From NCBI GenBank assembly GCA_963713045.1, contig CAVQKE010000003.1, positions 1,344,001-1,408,000 on the forward strand: DNA of 64,000 nt, read 5' to 3'. Numbering within the stretch: position 1 is the first letter of the stretch; every line of letters begins with the position of its first letter. Below the pieces are notes generated by a model, which was not told the origin of the DNA, did no database searches, and saw only the letters and a list, made by a program, of their open reading frames with translations. Made by a program: the position numbers and the translations under genes. This document shows positions 25,732 through 34,521 of this stretch, piece after piece. The DNA comes from an uncultured delta proteobacterium. GTDB taxonomy: Bacteria; Myxococcota; Myxococcia; Myxococcales; Myxococcaceae.

Positions 25732-27339
25732 ATGTTGGAATCGACAGAGATTCAAAGCCCCTCAGGGCGCAAACAGGCCATCTACTTCGGAGCCGAAGGA
25801 CGGCCGCTGTTCGGCTTTTACCATCCACCCCACGAAGGCCCCTGGCGCGGGGTCGGCGTCGTCCTGTGTCCCCCCATCGGCACCGACCGGACCCGCTCGG
25901 ACCGCGCCTACCGGCACCTGGCTGAGCGACTGGCAGAGGCAGGCTTCGCCTGCCTGCGGTTTGACCTTTTCGGGACCGGTGATTCCGGTGGCGACGAAAC
26001 TGCACCGTCGCTGGTGCGCGCCTGGCTCGACGACGTCGGACTGGCGGTGGAGGAAGTCCGGAAGCGTTCTGGGGCGCCGACGGTTTCACTGGTGGGGCTG
26101 CGGCTGGGGGCCACGCTGGCCATGGTCCATGCTGCGGAAAGCGCCGACGTGGACTCGCTGGTGCTGTGGAGCCCCTACGTCTCGGGAGCCGCCTTTGTCA
26201 GTGAGGTCACCAAGCTCCACAAGCTGTACCTACGCATCGACCCCGAGCTGGCCGACGCGGTGCCTCCCCAAACCGAGGGTGACGAGGCGCTGGGCATGCT
26301 GCTTCCGAAAGCGCTCATCACCGAGTTGTCGAACATTGAGTTGCTGAAGACCACCCGCCGGCCGGCTCGACGGGTCCTCTTCATCGACGGGGGAAACGTC
26401 CAGGGCCGCGACGCTCTGATGGCCCGCCTCGGCGAGCTGGGCGCGGCGCCCGAGCTGCGCTCCCACCCAGGGCATAAGTTCCTCATCACCGTCTCGCACC
26501 GCGCGGCTTTGCCGGATGAAGTCCTCGACTCCATCGTCGGCTGGTTGAAGGACGCCTACCCGCGCAGCGTCCCGTCACGGACCCCCGCGCCGCCGGCGCC
26601 GATGCCCTCGCCCGCGGGTGAGCGCCCCCTCCGCGTTGGGGAGCAGCATCCCCTCTTCGGCATCCTCACCCCGGCCAACCCCGAGCGGGCTCGGCCAAAC
26701 CGGCCCTCCATTGTCATCCTCAACGCCGGCTGCGTGAACCGCTCCGGCCTGCATCGGATGCACGTCCGGATGGCGCGCCGCTGGGCGCAGGTCGGCTTCG
26801 ACGTGCTGCGGGTCGACCTCTCCGGCATCGGGGACAGCCCGGTCTCGCCGGGCGCAAAAGAGAACCTGACCTATCCCCCCACCGGATTGGAGGACATCGC
26901 CGACATCCTTCGCGGCCTTCCTTCCAAACGCGTGGTGGTGGTGGGTCATTGTTCGGGCGGCGACTACGCTTTCCAAGTCGGCGCCCGCGAGGCAAACGTG
27001 GCCGGCGTCTACATTCTCAACCCGCGGACCTTCTGCGTTCTTGACCTCACCGCCGTCGAGGGTGGCGAGGGCGCGCCGGTGACCGACTCGGTCGAGGACG
27101 TGCCGCGCAACTTGCGCCGCATGTCCGAGCGGGGGGTGAGGACGCTGCTGTTGGTCAGTCGCAATGACCCAGGCGTCGCTTACGTCGACGCCCATGCCGC
27201 AGACGCGATGGGGGGGTTGAGCGCGGTGAACGGCTTCCAGCGCATCAACATCTCCGGCGCGGACCACGCTTTCACCCCGGTCGACGCGCAGAAGCGGGTG
27301 AGCGACCTTTTGACAGAGCACCTTCTCGCTTACCACTAG
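25732..27339 (+). CDS. Double alpha/beta-hydrolase resembling a fusion of exosortase-A-system hydrolases 2 and 1
   Basis: Domain 1 RFDLFGTGDS and GLRLG; domain 2 RVDLSGIGDS, GHCSGG and ADHAF; start ATG 25732. Confidence 0.75.
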   Translation: MLESTEIQSPSGRKQAIYFGAEGRPLFGFYHPPHEGPWRGVGVVLCPPIGTDRTRSDRAYRHLAERLAEAGFACLRFDLFGTGDSGGDETAPSLVRAWLDDVGLAVEEVRKRSGAPTVSLVGLRLGATLAMVHAAESADVDSLVLWSPYVSGAAFVSEVTKLHKLYLRIDPELADAVPPQTEGDEALGMLLPKALITELSNIELLKTTRRPARRVLFIDGGNVQGRDALMARLGELGAAPELRSHPGHKFLITVSHRAALPDEVLDSIVGWLKDAYPRSVPSRTPAPPAPMPSPAGERPLRVGEQHPLFGILTPANPERARPNRPSIVILNAGCVNRSGLHRMHVRMARRWAQVGFDVLRVDLSGIGDSPVSPGAKENLTYPPTGLEDIADILRGLPSKRVVVVGHCSGGDYAFQVGAREANVAGVYILNPRTFCVLDLTAVEGGEGAPVTDSVEDVPRNLRRMSERGVRTLLLVSRNDPGVAYVDAHAADAMGGLSAVNGFQRINISGADHAFTPVDAQKRVSDLLTEHLLAYH

Positions 27340-27365
27340 CGGTGGCGGTGAGGCCGGGGCAGTCC

Positions 27366-28508
27366 CTAGTCGAAGCGGCGCCCCAAGAGGCCCTTGACGT
27401 GACTCATCCCGCCATTTTGCGCCCAGGAGTAGAGGCCCAAAGCAGCTCGCGAAGACAGGCGCGGCTTGACGGACACGGCTCGGTAGTAGAGGGGCATCTC
27501 CGGGCCCCAGCGCGACTTGGAGACGTCGGCGCCCATCGAGAGGTGGACCCGGGAGATTCCGGAGTCGATTGCATACTTAACGGCCTCCGCCACAATCGTC
27601 GTTCCCACGCTGTACTTGCTCCAGGCGGGGTCAAATCCCGAGTAGTAGAGGTAGAGACAGTTGGGGAGCAGAAAGCCGACCCGGCTCGCCACCGGGACGC
27701 CCCCGACGCGAAGCGTGAAGACGCGTGCCATGTTGCCACTGGCGAAGCGCGAGGAGACCAGCATCAGGAATCGCCGCGCGGTTGAGTCTGCGAATCGGTC
27801 CGGGTGCGAGACGCCGTCGCCGGCCTTGGCCCGAGCCGCATGCAAGTCGAAGAAAATCTCGAGTGCCGAGGAAATCTGCTCTGGCGTGGCAGCGACGTCG
27901 AGATGAGGGGTCAGTCCGTCGCGTTTGAGCGAGTTGAAGCAGTGCCGGAGCGACTCCTTGATGTTGTGCTTCAGTCCGCCTCGAAACACTGCCCAGCTCG
28001 GGGCAAGCTGCAAGATGTTCCCCGGCTGATGGCCCTCCCAGCGCAACTCCATCATTTTCCCCAGCGTCTTGGCGAAGTCGCTCTCTGGGTTCAGCCCCTC
28101 CCAAGCAATCCAGTCCCAGCAACGGTCGCGGTTCAAATCCGCAGCCAGGGCCCTCGCCACCTCACTCTCCCAAGCGCGGTCCACGATGGGAGCTCTCTGC
28201 TCGGTGACGTAGTTGTCAGCGCCGAGAAACGCGATGCTCCGCATGCGAGCGGGGCCCATCGCAGGACGCTCGGTCACCATCAACGGCACGACGGCAACCA
28301 ATTCCCCTGACTCGCGCCGCACCGCTTTCACCCACAAGCTGTCCCGGATGACCGGCCGCTCTTGCTTGAAGAGCTCCCACCAGCTGGCAACCCAGTCCGG
28401 CCACAGGAACGGAAGGTCGGCATTGATGCTTCCAAGCAATCCGAGCCACTCCTGCCGCAGGCAGTGAAGCTCCTCGACGCTGGTGAGGGTAGAGACGCTG
28501 AGGTCCAT
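27366..28508 (-). CDS. CelD/BcsL-like GNAT acyltransferase
   Basis: PFLWPDW, YLYYSGFDPAWSKYSVG, KSRWG. Confidence 0.8.
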   Translation of the reverse strand: MDLSVSTLTSVEELHCLRQEWLGLLGSINADLPFLWPDWVASWWELFKQERPVIRDSLWVKAVRRESGELVAVVPLMVTERPAMGPARMRSIAFLGADNYVTEQRAPIVDRAWESEVARALAADLNRDRCWDWIAWEGLNPESDFAKTLGKMMELRWEGHQPGNILQLAPSWAVFRGGLKHNIKESLRHCFNSLKRDGLTPHLDVAATPEQISSALEIFFDLHAARAKAGDGVSHPDRFADSTARRFLMLVSSRFASGNMARVFTLRVGGVPVASRVGFLLPNCLYLYYSGFDPAWSKYSVGTTIVAEAVKYAIDSGISRVHLSMGADVSKSRWGPEMPLYYRAVSVKPRLSSRAALGLYSWAQNGGMSHVKGLLGRRFD

Positions 28509-28686
28509 GAGGACGCAGGAGGACGATTCGCCTCGGAAAGCGGGCACTGCCCGCTAGCAGTCCAGGCGAACTTGGTCAAACCCCGACTGGGAGAGAGATT
28601 CTCACGAGCGGCGTATCGAAACGGACCCACCCCGCGGCCGTCCCTCGTCGTGGACTGCGACTCGGCTTGGCGCCGTCAAAGCGGCG

Positions 28687-30294
28687 TTACGTGGAATTGG
28701 ACTGAGTCACTTCTGACAGCGGCTGCCTCAAAGCGCCCCCGTCCGAAACACTGCCGTTCTTCTGCAAGAATCTCGAATCCTCTGGCCTGGTCCGGGGCCA
28801 GGCGCCACGGGAGATGCAGATTTTACCAACCAGCGCATAGCCGGCGGCAACATTGAAGATTGAACCCCAGTGTCCGAACCCGAGGTCGCCATAGCCCTGG
28901 ACCACGTAGCAAATCTGCGCCGCGGCGGCTCCCAAGGCGGTCACCCGTTCCACTGGCGTCCGCGCCCAGTGGTAAGCACGGAGGGTGAAGAAGAGGCCCA
29001 CCGGGAACACCATCCACAGCAGCGAGAAGCCGACCAGACCGCCGAACGCCCACAGGCCGAGGACGCTGTTGTGGGGAACGTAGGGCTCAAGCTCATAGAC
29101 AGCAGTGACGTCGGGAAGCTTGATGCGCTCCACCGCCGGATGGCCGAAGCCGGACCCGAAGATGGGGTTGTCGCGGAAGGTGAAGACGAGATTGAAGTTC
29201 TCCAAGTCTCGCCACACCGTCGAGGCGTTGGCCGTGGAACCCACATTCGTAGCCACCAACGAGCGAATGGTCTGCACTGGCCGAAAGAAACCGGACTCAG
29301 AGTTCCAGCCCACTGCCGAATAGACGAGAAGCGGCAACACCGAGGCCAGACCCAGCCGCGCGACTTGTACCTTCAGCCTTCCCCACGGGGTGACCAACCA
29401 GAAGAGGAGAGCCACCAGCCCAACCTCCATCCAGACCAGGCGCCGGTTGTTGGCGACCATGGCCCACAGGTAGACGGGAGAAAGCAGCAGGAACAGCGAC
29501 AGCGACCGCCGATTGGACCGTTCCACGACGGCGGCCGCGAGAATCGCCAAACAGGTGGCAAAAAGAACCGAGTCACCATGCGTCGTCGCGTGCGGCATGA
29601 CGTCGAACGACGGGAACGTGAGGCGAAGTGCAATGGCCTCAATGGCTTTGAAGAGTCCGACCCCCAGGACAACGCGACCGACCATCAGCGCGTCTTGGGT
29701 CCCCCGTAACCCCTGCCGCATGAAGGCGTAGAGGATGGGAAGGTAGAGCCACTTGATGGACTGCCAGAGGACAAAGCGAAAGCTCCCGCCCTGTGCCAGC
29801 CCATATGCGGAGAGCCACAGTGTGGCCAGGAAGGAGAGCCAGGCGAAGGCTCCGATGGGAGCGGGGGTCCCCACCCAGCCGGTTCGGTCGATGGGCAAGC
29901 GCTTGGTATGTCGATAGACCACGGCGGCGAAGAGCAACAGCGCGACGACGTCGAAGCCGGAAAACACCATCGCCGGGACCGGGAAGACGGTGTTGAGCTT
30001 CATCCAAAGAAGCCGCCCCATCATCGGCCAGGGTGGGTGGACCAAACCGGAGCCGAAGATTTGGGAGGGAGGGTCGAACGCCCACGCCGCGGCGAGGAGA
30101 CCCAGCAGTGAGACACGAAGCGGAAGAAACCACATGGCCCACATCAGCGCTGGGGCGAGCGCCAGTGCCAGGTCGCCGTTCCCGCCGATGATGACTGCCG
30201 CCGTCACCAGGCAGACCACCAACAGCATTCGGTAATCGACGGCGTGGCCCGTCACCGCAAGGGCTCCATCGAGGCTGGGCCGTCCGCCGTGCAT
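28687..30294 (-). CDS. wzy: Wzy polymerase / O-antigen ligase family membrane protein
   Basis: Many TM segments; NNRRLVW, WRDLEN, PIFGSGFG, PHNSVLGLW; located within the EPS locus. Confidence 0.75.
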   Translation of the reverse strand: MHGGRPSLDGALAVTGHAVDYRMLLVVCLVTAAVIIGGNGDLALALAPALMWAMWFLPLRVSLLGLLAAAWAFDPPSQIFGSGLVHPPWPMMGRLLWMKLNTVFPVPAMVFSGFDVVALLLFAAVVYRHTKRLPIDRTGWVGTPAPIGAFAWLSFLATLWLSAYGLAQGGSFRFVLWQSIKWLYLPILYAFMRQGLRGTQDALMVGRVVLGVGLFKAIEAIALRLTFPSFDVMPHATTHGDSVLFATCLAILAAAVVERSNRRSLSLFLLLSPVYLWAMVANNRRLVWMEVGLVALLFWLVTPWGRLKVQVARLGLASVLPLLVYSAVGWNSESGFFRPVQTIRSLVATNVGSTANASTVWRDLENFNLVFTFRDNPIFGSGFGHPAVERIKLPDVTAVYELEPYVPHNSVLGLWAFGGLVGFSLLWMVFPVGLFFTLRAYHWARTPVERVTALGAAAAQICYVVQGYGDLGFGHWGSIFNVAAGYALVGKICISRGAWPRTRPEDSRFLQKNGSVSDGGALRQPLSEVTQSNST

Positions 30295-30298
30295 CGCG

Positions 30299-30469
30299 TC
30301 AGAGCAACCGGGGGTAAATGAAGTAAAGAAAAATGGCGTAACCGACATCGGCGAGCAAGACGTAGACCATCAGCGACATGAAGGCACGACGGGGGTTCTT
30401 CTCCCGCGCAACCGCCACCGGCACCAGGAAGGTGGCAAACAGAATGGACGAGAGGAGGAGCCGAACCAC
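30299..30469 (-). CDS. Small 2-TM membrane protein (56 aa)
   Basis: VRLLLSSILFATFLVPVAVAREKNPRRAF...FIYPRLL; ends 4 nt before the wzy start. Confidence 0.6.
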   Translation of the reverse strand: MVRLLLSSILFATFLVPVAVAREKNPRRAFMSLMVYVLLADVGYAIFLYFIYPRLL

Positions 30470-30509
30470 AGGGCGGCGATGATAGCCTGCCCTCTGCAAG
30501 GACGGGCGT

Positions 30510-32024
30510 TTGGCGGCCGTCGCCGGCGACCGCCCAGGAGCAAAGATGCGACGTGGGGTGGAGGCGACACGGCAGCAAGCGACCGCCACGGCGGGTGGGA
30601 TTCCGCTTGCACGCGAGGCGGCTCCGCCACCGGAGGAGGACTTCGACTGGGCCTTCATCGGCCTGTGGACGCTCTTCGTCGCGCACTCCATGAGGCGTCA
30701 CGTGGTGGCACTGCTCGCCATCTGGTTTGGGGTGGTGGGCCTGGTCATGGCACTGGTCGCCATTCTTCCGAAGACCTACGAAGTTCAGACGGTGCTTCAG
30801 GCGCAGCCAGCGGCGATGATTTCCGCGTTGGGCCCGGGCGCCACTCCCGCCGACGTCGATGCTCCGGCCAAACAGGCCGCGCAGACGGTACTCAAGCACG
30901 ACAATTTGGTGGCGCTGGTCCGCGAAACAGACCTCCTTCACAACTGGCCCAAGAACCGCTCGCCCCTGATGCGCCTCAAGGATGCAATTTGGGCGCGCGT
31001 CTTTCCGCCACCAACCCAGGAGACACAGATTGAGGGTTTCGTCGGGCTACTTGAGCAACGACTTTGGGTCACCGCCGGCGAAGGTACAGTCACCATCGGC
31101 ATCCGGTTTCCCGACCCCCAGCTCGCCTACCGCCTGGTGGACGCGGCGCAGCGGAACTTCCTGGAGGCTCGGCACGCAGCGGAAATCTCCAGCATCTCCG
31201 ACGTCATCTTCATTCTTCAGAGCCGCGCCGCTCAGGCACGGCAATCGCTTGACGACGCCCAACGCGAGCTGCAGCAGCTGAGGGACGAACGAGCTGCCAG
31301 GCTTGGAAAGCAAAGACGCGCCAACCGGCCACCCCCTCCGGCCCCAACCATCGACCCCGAGACGGCACAACTGCTGGTGAAGATTGCGGGGAAGCGACGA
31401 GCCTTGGAGGACCTCGAAAACTTTCGCCGAAGGTCGGTCGATGAGGCAGAAGCACGGCTGGCGGAGCTGCGGGCGCTGTATGCAGCGACCCATCCGTTGG
31501 TCAGCGAGGCCGAGCAGAGCCTCGCCGCCCTCCGCCAGGAATCTCCGCAGGTAGCGACGCTTGGCCAGGAACTGGCCGCCCTTGAAGATGAGCTGAAGCA
31601 GCGCGGCTTCCAACCGGATGCTCAAGTCTCGCAAAGCTTTCCGGTGGAGACGCCATTCTGGGCTCAGCCGGGAGACCCGCGGGAAGACGAAGACCCCGAC
31701 ATCGAACGTGCCAAGGAGCAGGTGCGCCACGAAGTCGGCCGCTACAACGGCATGCTCGACCGACTGCAGGGCGCGCAGCTGGAGCAGGACACGGCCCAGG
31801 CAGCATTCAAATACCGGTATGTCGTCATCTGGCCGGCCCAGCGACCTCGCGGGTCGGTCCAGCCCAATCCTGGACTGGTTTTCCTCGCCAGCCTGGTTGC
31901 TGGCCTCTTGCTCGCCATCATCGGCACCACCCTGCTCGACGTGTCCTCAAAGAAGATTTTCGAGCCCTGGCAGGTCGAGCGGGCCGTGGGCGTACGGCTT
32001 CTCGACCAGGTGCGCCTCCCTTGA
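30510..32024 (+). CDS. Polysaccharide co-polymerase (PCP/GumC-like, no kinase domain), copy 1
   Basis: Two TMs flanking a coiled coil; PKTYEVQT, YAATHP, AAFKYRY, VERAVGVRLL. Confidence 0.85.
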   Translation: MAAVAGDRPGAKMRRGVEATRQQATATAGGIPLAREAAPPPEEDFDWAFIGLWTLFVAHSMRRHVVALLAIWFGVVGLVMALVAILPKTYEVQTVLQAQPAAMISALGPGATPADVDAPAKQAAQTVLKHDNLVALVRETDLLHNWPKNRSPLMRLKDAIWARVFPPPTQETQIEGFVGLLEQRLWVTAGEGTVTIGIRFPDPQLAYRLVDAAQRNFLEARHAAEISSISDVIFILQSRAAQARQSLDDAQRELQQLRDERAARLGKQRRANRPPPPAPTIDPETAQLLVKIAGKRRALEDLENFRRRSVDEAEARLAELRALYAATHPLVSEAEQSLAALRQESPQVATLGQELAALEDELKQRGFQPDAQVSQSFPVETPFWAQPGDPREDEDPDIERAKEQVRHEVGRYNGMLDRLQGAQLEQDTAQAAFKYRYVVIWPAQRPRGSVQPNPGLVFLASLVAGLLLAIIGTTLLDVSSKKIFEPWQVERAVGVRLLDQVRLP

Positions 32025-32485
32025 CGAACTCCGAGAGCCAACGACCGGAGGCAAGTCCACAAGCCAGCGGCGAGCTCGGCCCGCTGTGGTACTTCCTCGC
32101 GCGCCGAGAGTGGACGACGCTGGCGGTGGTCTCCGCCGACGACGACGGCGCAGCCCTCCGACTCGCCGGGGCGCTGGTCGAGCTGGCCGGGGCACACCAC
32201 GCCGTGCTCGAGGTGCACGACAGTTTCGAGCTGCGGCAGAAGCTTCGTGCCGCCACCCGGTTGGAAACCAGAGAAGGTGGAGTCGCCGCCGTCGGGAGAC
32301 CGTGGCGGTTTCTGGTCCCGATGAAGGCGGTGCTGGAGGACCCGCACGCCGAGGACCTCCTCGGGGCCTGCGACGTCGTCATCCTCTTGCTGGAAAAGGG
32401 CAAAAGCCGGATTCCCGACGCGCTCGGCGCGGTCGGTCTCGTCGGTCCCGAGCGGCTCCTCGGGGCCGTGCTCGCCTCAGCCTAA
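32021..32485 (+). CDS. Degenerate BY-kinase-like (Wze-like) protein, paralog of 13030-13536
   Basis: LWYFLARREWTTLAVV, CDVVILLLEKGKS, VGPERLLGAVL; overlaps the PCP stop. Confidence 0.6.
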   Translation: MTNSESQRPEASPQASGELGPLWYFLARREWTTLAVVSADDDGAALRLAGALVELAGAHHAVLEVHDSFELRQKLRAATRLETREGGVAAVGRPWRFLVPMKAVLEDPHAEDLLGACDVVILLLEKGKSRIPDALGAVGLVGPERLLGAVLASA

Positions 32486-32498
32486 GGCAGGACGGCAA

Positions 32499-34322
32499 AT
32501 GCGCGTCGTGCGACGATTCCTTCTTGTTCTGTCGTTGGGTGCTGCGGCTTTCCTCGCCGCGCTCCTTCTCATCCCAGCCAGCCACCATTGGCCATCCAAG
32601 GCCGCCGCCCGTCTTCTCGGCGTGGGGAGGCTGGTCGAGCGGCGCTGGGGACGCGACGAAGGGCGGTTTTTCTCCGTTCTGGCGACATCGCAGGCCGGCT
32701 ACGGGCCTGCCATGCGCAAGCAATTCACCTCGCCCCTACCATTCCAAGCGTTTCTGGTGAGGGACGAAAGCAACGGGACGGTGGCCTTCCAGGGGGGTGG
32801 CCCCCTTCGGACGGTGGCCACGGACTTGCTCGGGGACATCCACGCCGTGTGGATAGGAGACTTCTCTCCTCTCGCCAAGACGGGGCGCTACCGCGTCGTC
32901 GCGTACAACGGGCTTTCCAGCTACCCCTTTTCAGTCGGCACCGCTGTCTTCGACGGGCCCTTGCGGGCGGTCCAGCGATGGTTCTACTACCAGCGGGCCT
33001 TCTCGCCGGTGGCCGCCCCCTTTGCAGAGGGCCCGTGGACACACCCCAGTGACGCTGACAAAGCGCCCCCTGGCGTGCATGGCGGCTGGCACGACGCAGG
33101 AGACTTCTCCGTGTACAGCGCGTCGATGAACGAGGCCATCTTCTGGTTGCTGACAACCTACAGCGACTTCTCGCCCGGTGACGACGACACCAACATTCCG
33201 GAGTCCGGAAACGGCATCCCTGACCTACTGGACGAGGCACGTTGGGGATTGGCCTGGTTACTTTCCGTACAAGACGGGGCGTCAGGGGGCTTCCGCAACT
33301 CCACCTGTCAGGAGTCGTACGGCCCCTATGGAACCAATACCCCCAACAGCGTCCCCGTTTACAAGAGTGGTGAGGTTGGCACCTTGGCCACCGCGCGCGC
33401 GGTGGGCAACCTGGCCTACGCCTCAACCATCTACCAGGCCTTCGACCTGCCTTTTTCCAATGCCTGCCTGACCGCCGCACGCCGCGGCATGCGCTACCTG
33501 GAGGAGCATCGGGGCGAGAACAGCGACGGGTTGACGTGCCCGGCCCTCAGGCGCGACGGCGATGCCGAGGTCGGCAGACAGGCCCGCATGTTCGCGGCGG
33601 CAGGGATGCTCCTCGCCACCGGAGAACCCGGCTTCGCACGCATGTTTGAAGAAAACTTTGCCCCGCCCAGCTACGACCCGGGCTTCCTGCAGCTGAGTGG
33701 CCAGGCGTCCCTCCTCTACCTGCGTGCTCCAAAGGGAGAGGCGGACCGAAAGCAGTCGCTTCACGAGCAGCTCCGGGCGAACGCCAACCGCGCGCTTGCC
33801 GAAGCGAATGCCCATCCCTTTGGATGGGCCACCCGCTACCACTGGGGTTCCCTGGGAGCCGGCCTCCTCCGAAGTGGACTCAGCAGCGCGAGGCTGTGCC
33901 TGGATGACCCGGATGGCGCCACCGCCGATTGCGAACAGGCCCTCGCGTCCGTGCATTACCTGCTTGGTCGTAACGGGATGCAGTTCTGCTACATCAGCGG
34001 GCTGTCTGGGGTCACCCGCGGGATGAGTAACGGCTTTCACCAATGGCTGGCGGCTCTCCGCGCCCAGCCGCGCGATTTCCCGGGCATGGTCGCGGGGGGA
34101 CCGTGCGAGAACCCTGAGCCGGCGGATCGCTCGGTGCCCTTTGCCGTGCCGCTGCCGGTGTGGGGCTATTTCGGCGACCCAGCGTTTCCGCGCAACTCAC
34201 GCACGCCCGTCGAGGGCCGTTACACGGACAACGACAGCTGGTCCACCAATGAACCCTCCGTCGTGTGGGAGGCTGAATCCCTCTACCACCTCCACCTCGC
34301 GCGCTGGCTCGCTGCCCGTTGA
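32499..34322 (+). CDS. Glycoside hydrolase family 9 (EpsB-like)
   Basis: GGWHDAGD, NIPESGNGIPDLLDEARWG, YLLGRN, DSWSTNE. Confidence 0.9.
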   Translation: MRVVRRFLLVLSLGAAAFLAALLLIPASHHWPSKAAARLLGVGRLVERRWGRDEGRFFSVLATSQAGYGPAMRKQFTSPLPFQAFLVRDESNGTVAFQGGGPLRTVATDLLGDIHAVWIGDFSPLAKTGRYRVVAYNGLSSYPFSVGTAVFDGPLRAVQRWFYYQRAFSPVAAPFAEGPWTHPSDADKAPPGVHGGWHDAGDFSVYSASMNEAIFWLLTTYSDFSPGDDDTNIPESGNGIPDLLDEARWGLAWLLSVQDGASGGFRNSTCQESYGPYGTNTPNSVPVYKSGEVGTLATARAVGNLAYASTIYQAFDLPFSNACLTAARRGMRYLEEHRGENSDGLTCPALRRDGDAEVGRQARMFAAAGMLLATGEPGFARMFEENFAPPSYDPGFLQLSGQASLLYLRAPKGEADRKQSLHEQLRANANRALAEANAHPFGWATRYHWGSLGAGLLRSGLSSARLCLDDPDGATADCEQALASVHYLLGRNGMQFCYISGLSGVTRGMSNGFHQWLAALRAQPRDFPGMVAGGPCENPEPADRSVPFAVPLPVWGYFGDPAFPRNSRTPVEGRYTDNDSWSTNEPSVVWEAESLYHLHLARWLAAR

Positions 34323-34521
34323 GGCGGCTTCGCCCAAGGGTGCTGGGCGAGACCTTCCCTTCATCGCCGAGCCTTAGTGCACCCATCAGCTCCGCCCGGG
34401 AGCGCGCCACAACGGACAGCCGAGCACGCAACGGGGGGAGTGACTCCACGTCCATTCCGTAGTTTGGTTTCCGCGAGATGAAGGCCCGACAGCCGCAGCC
34501 GATGAGCAGCCACGCGGCACC

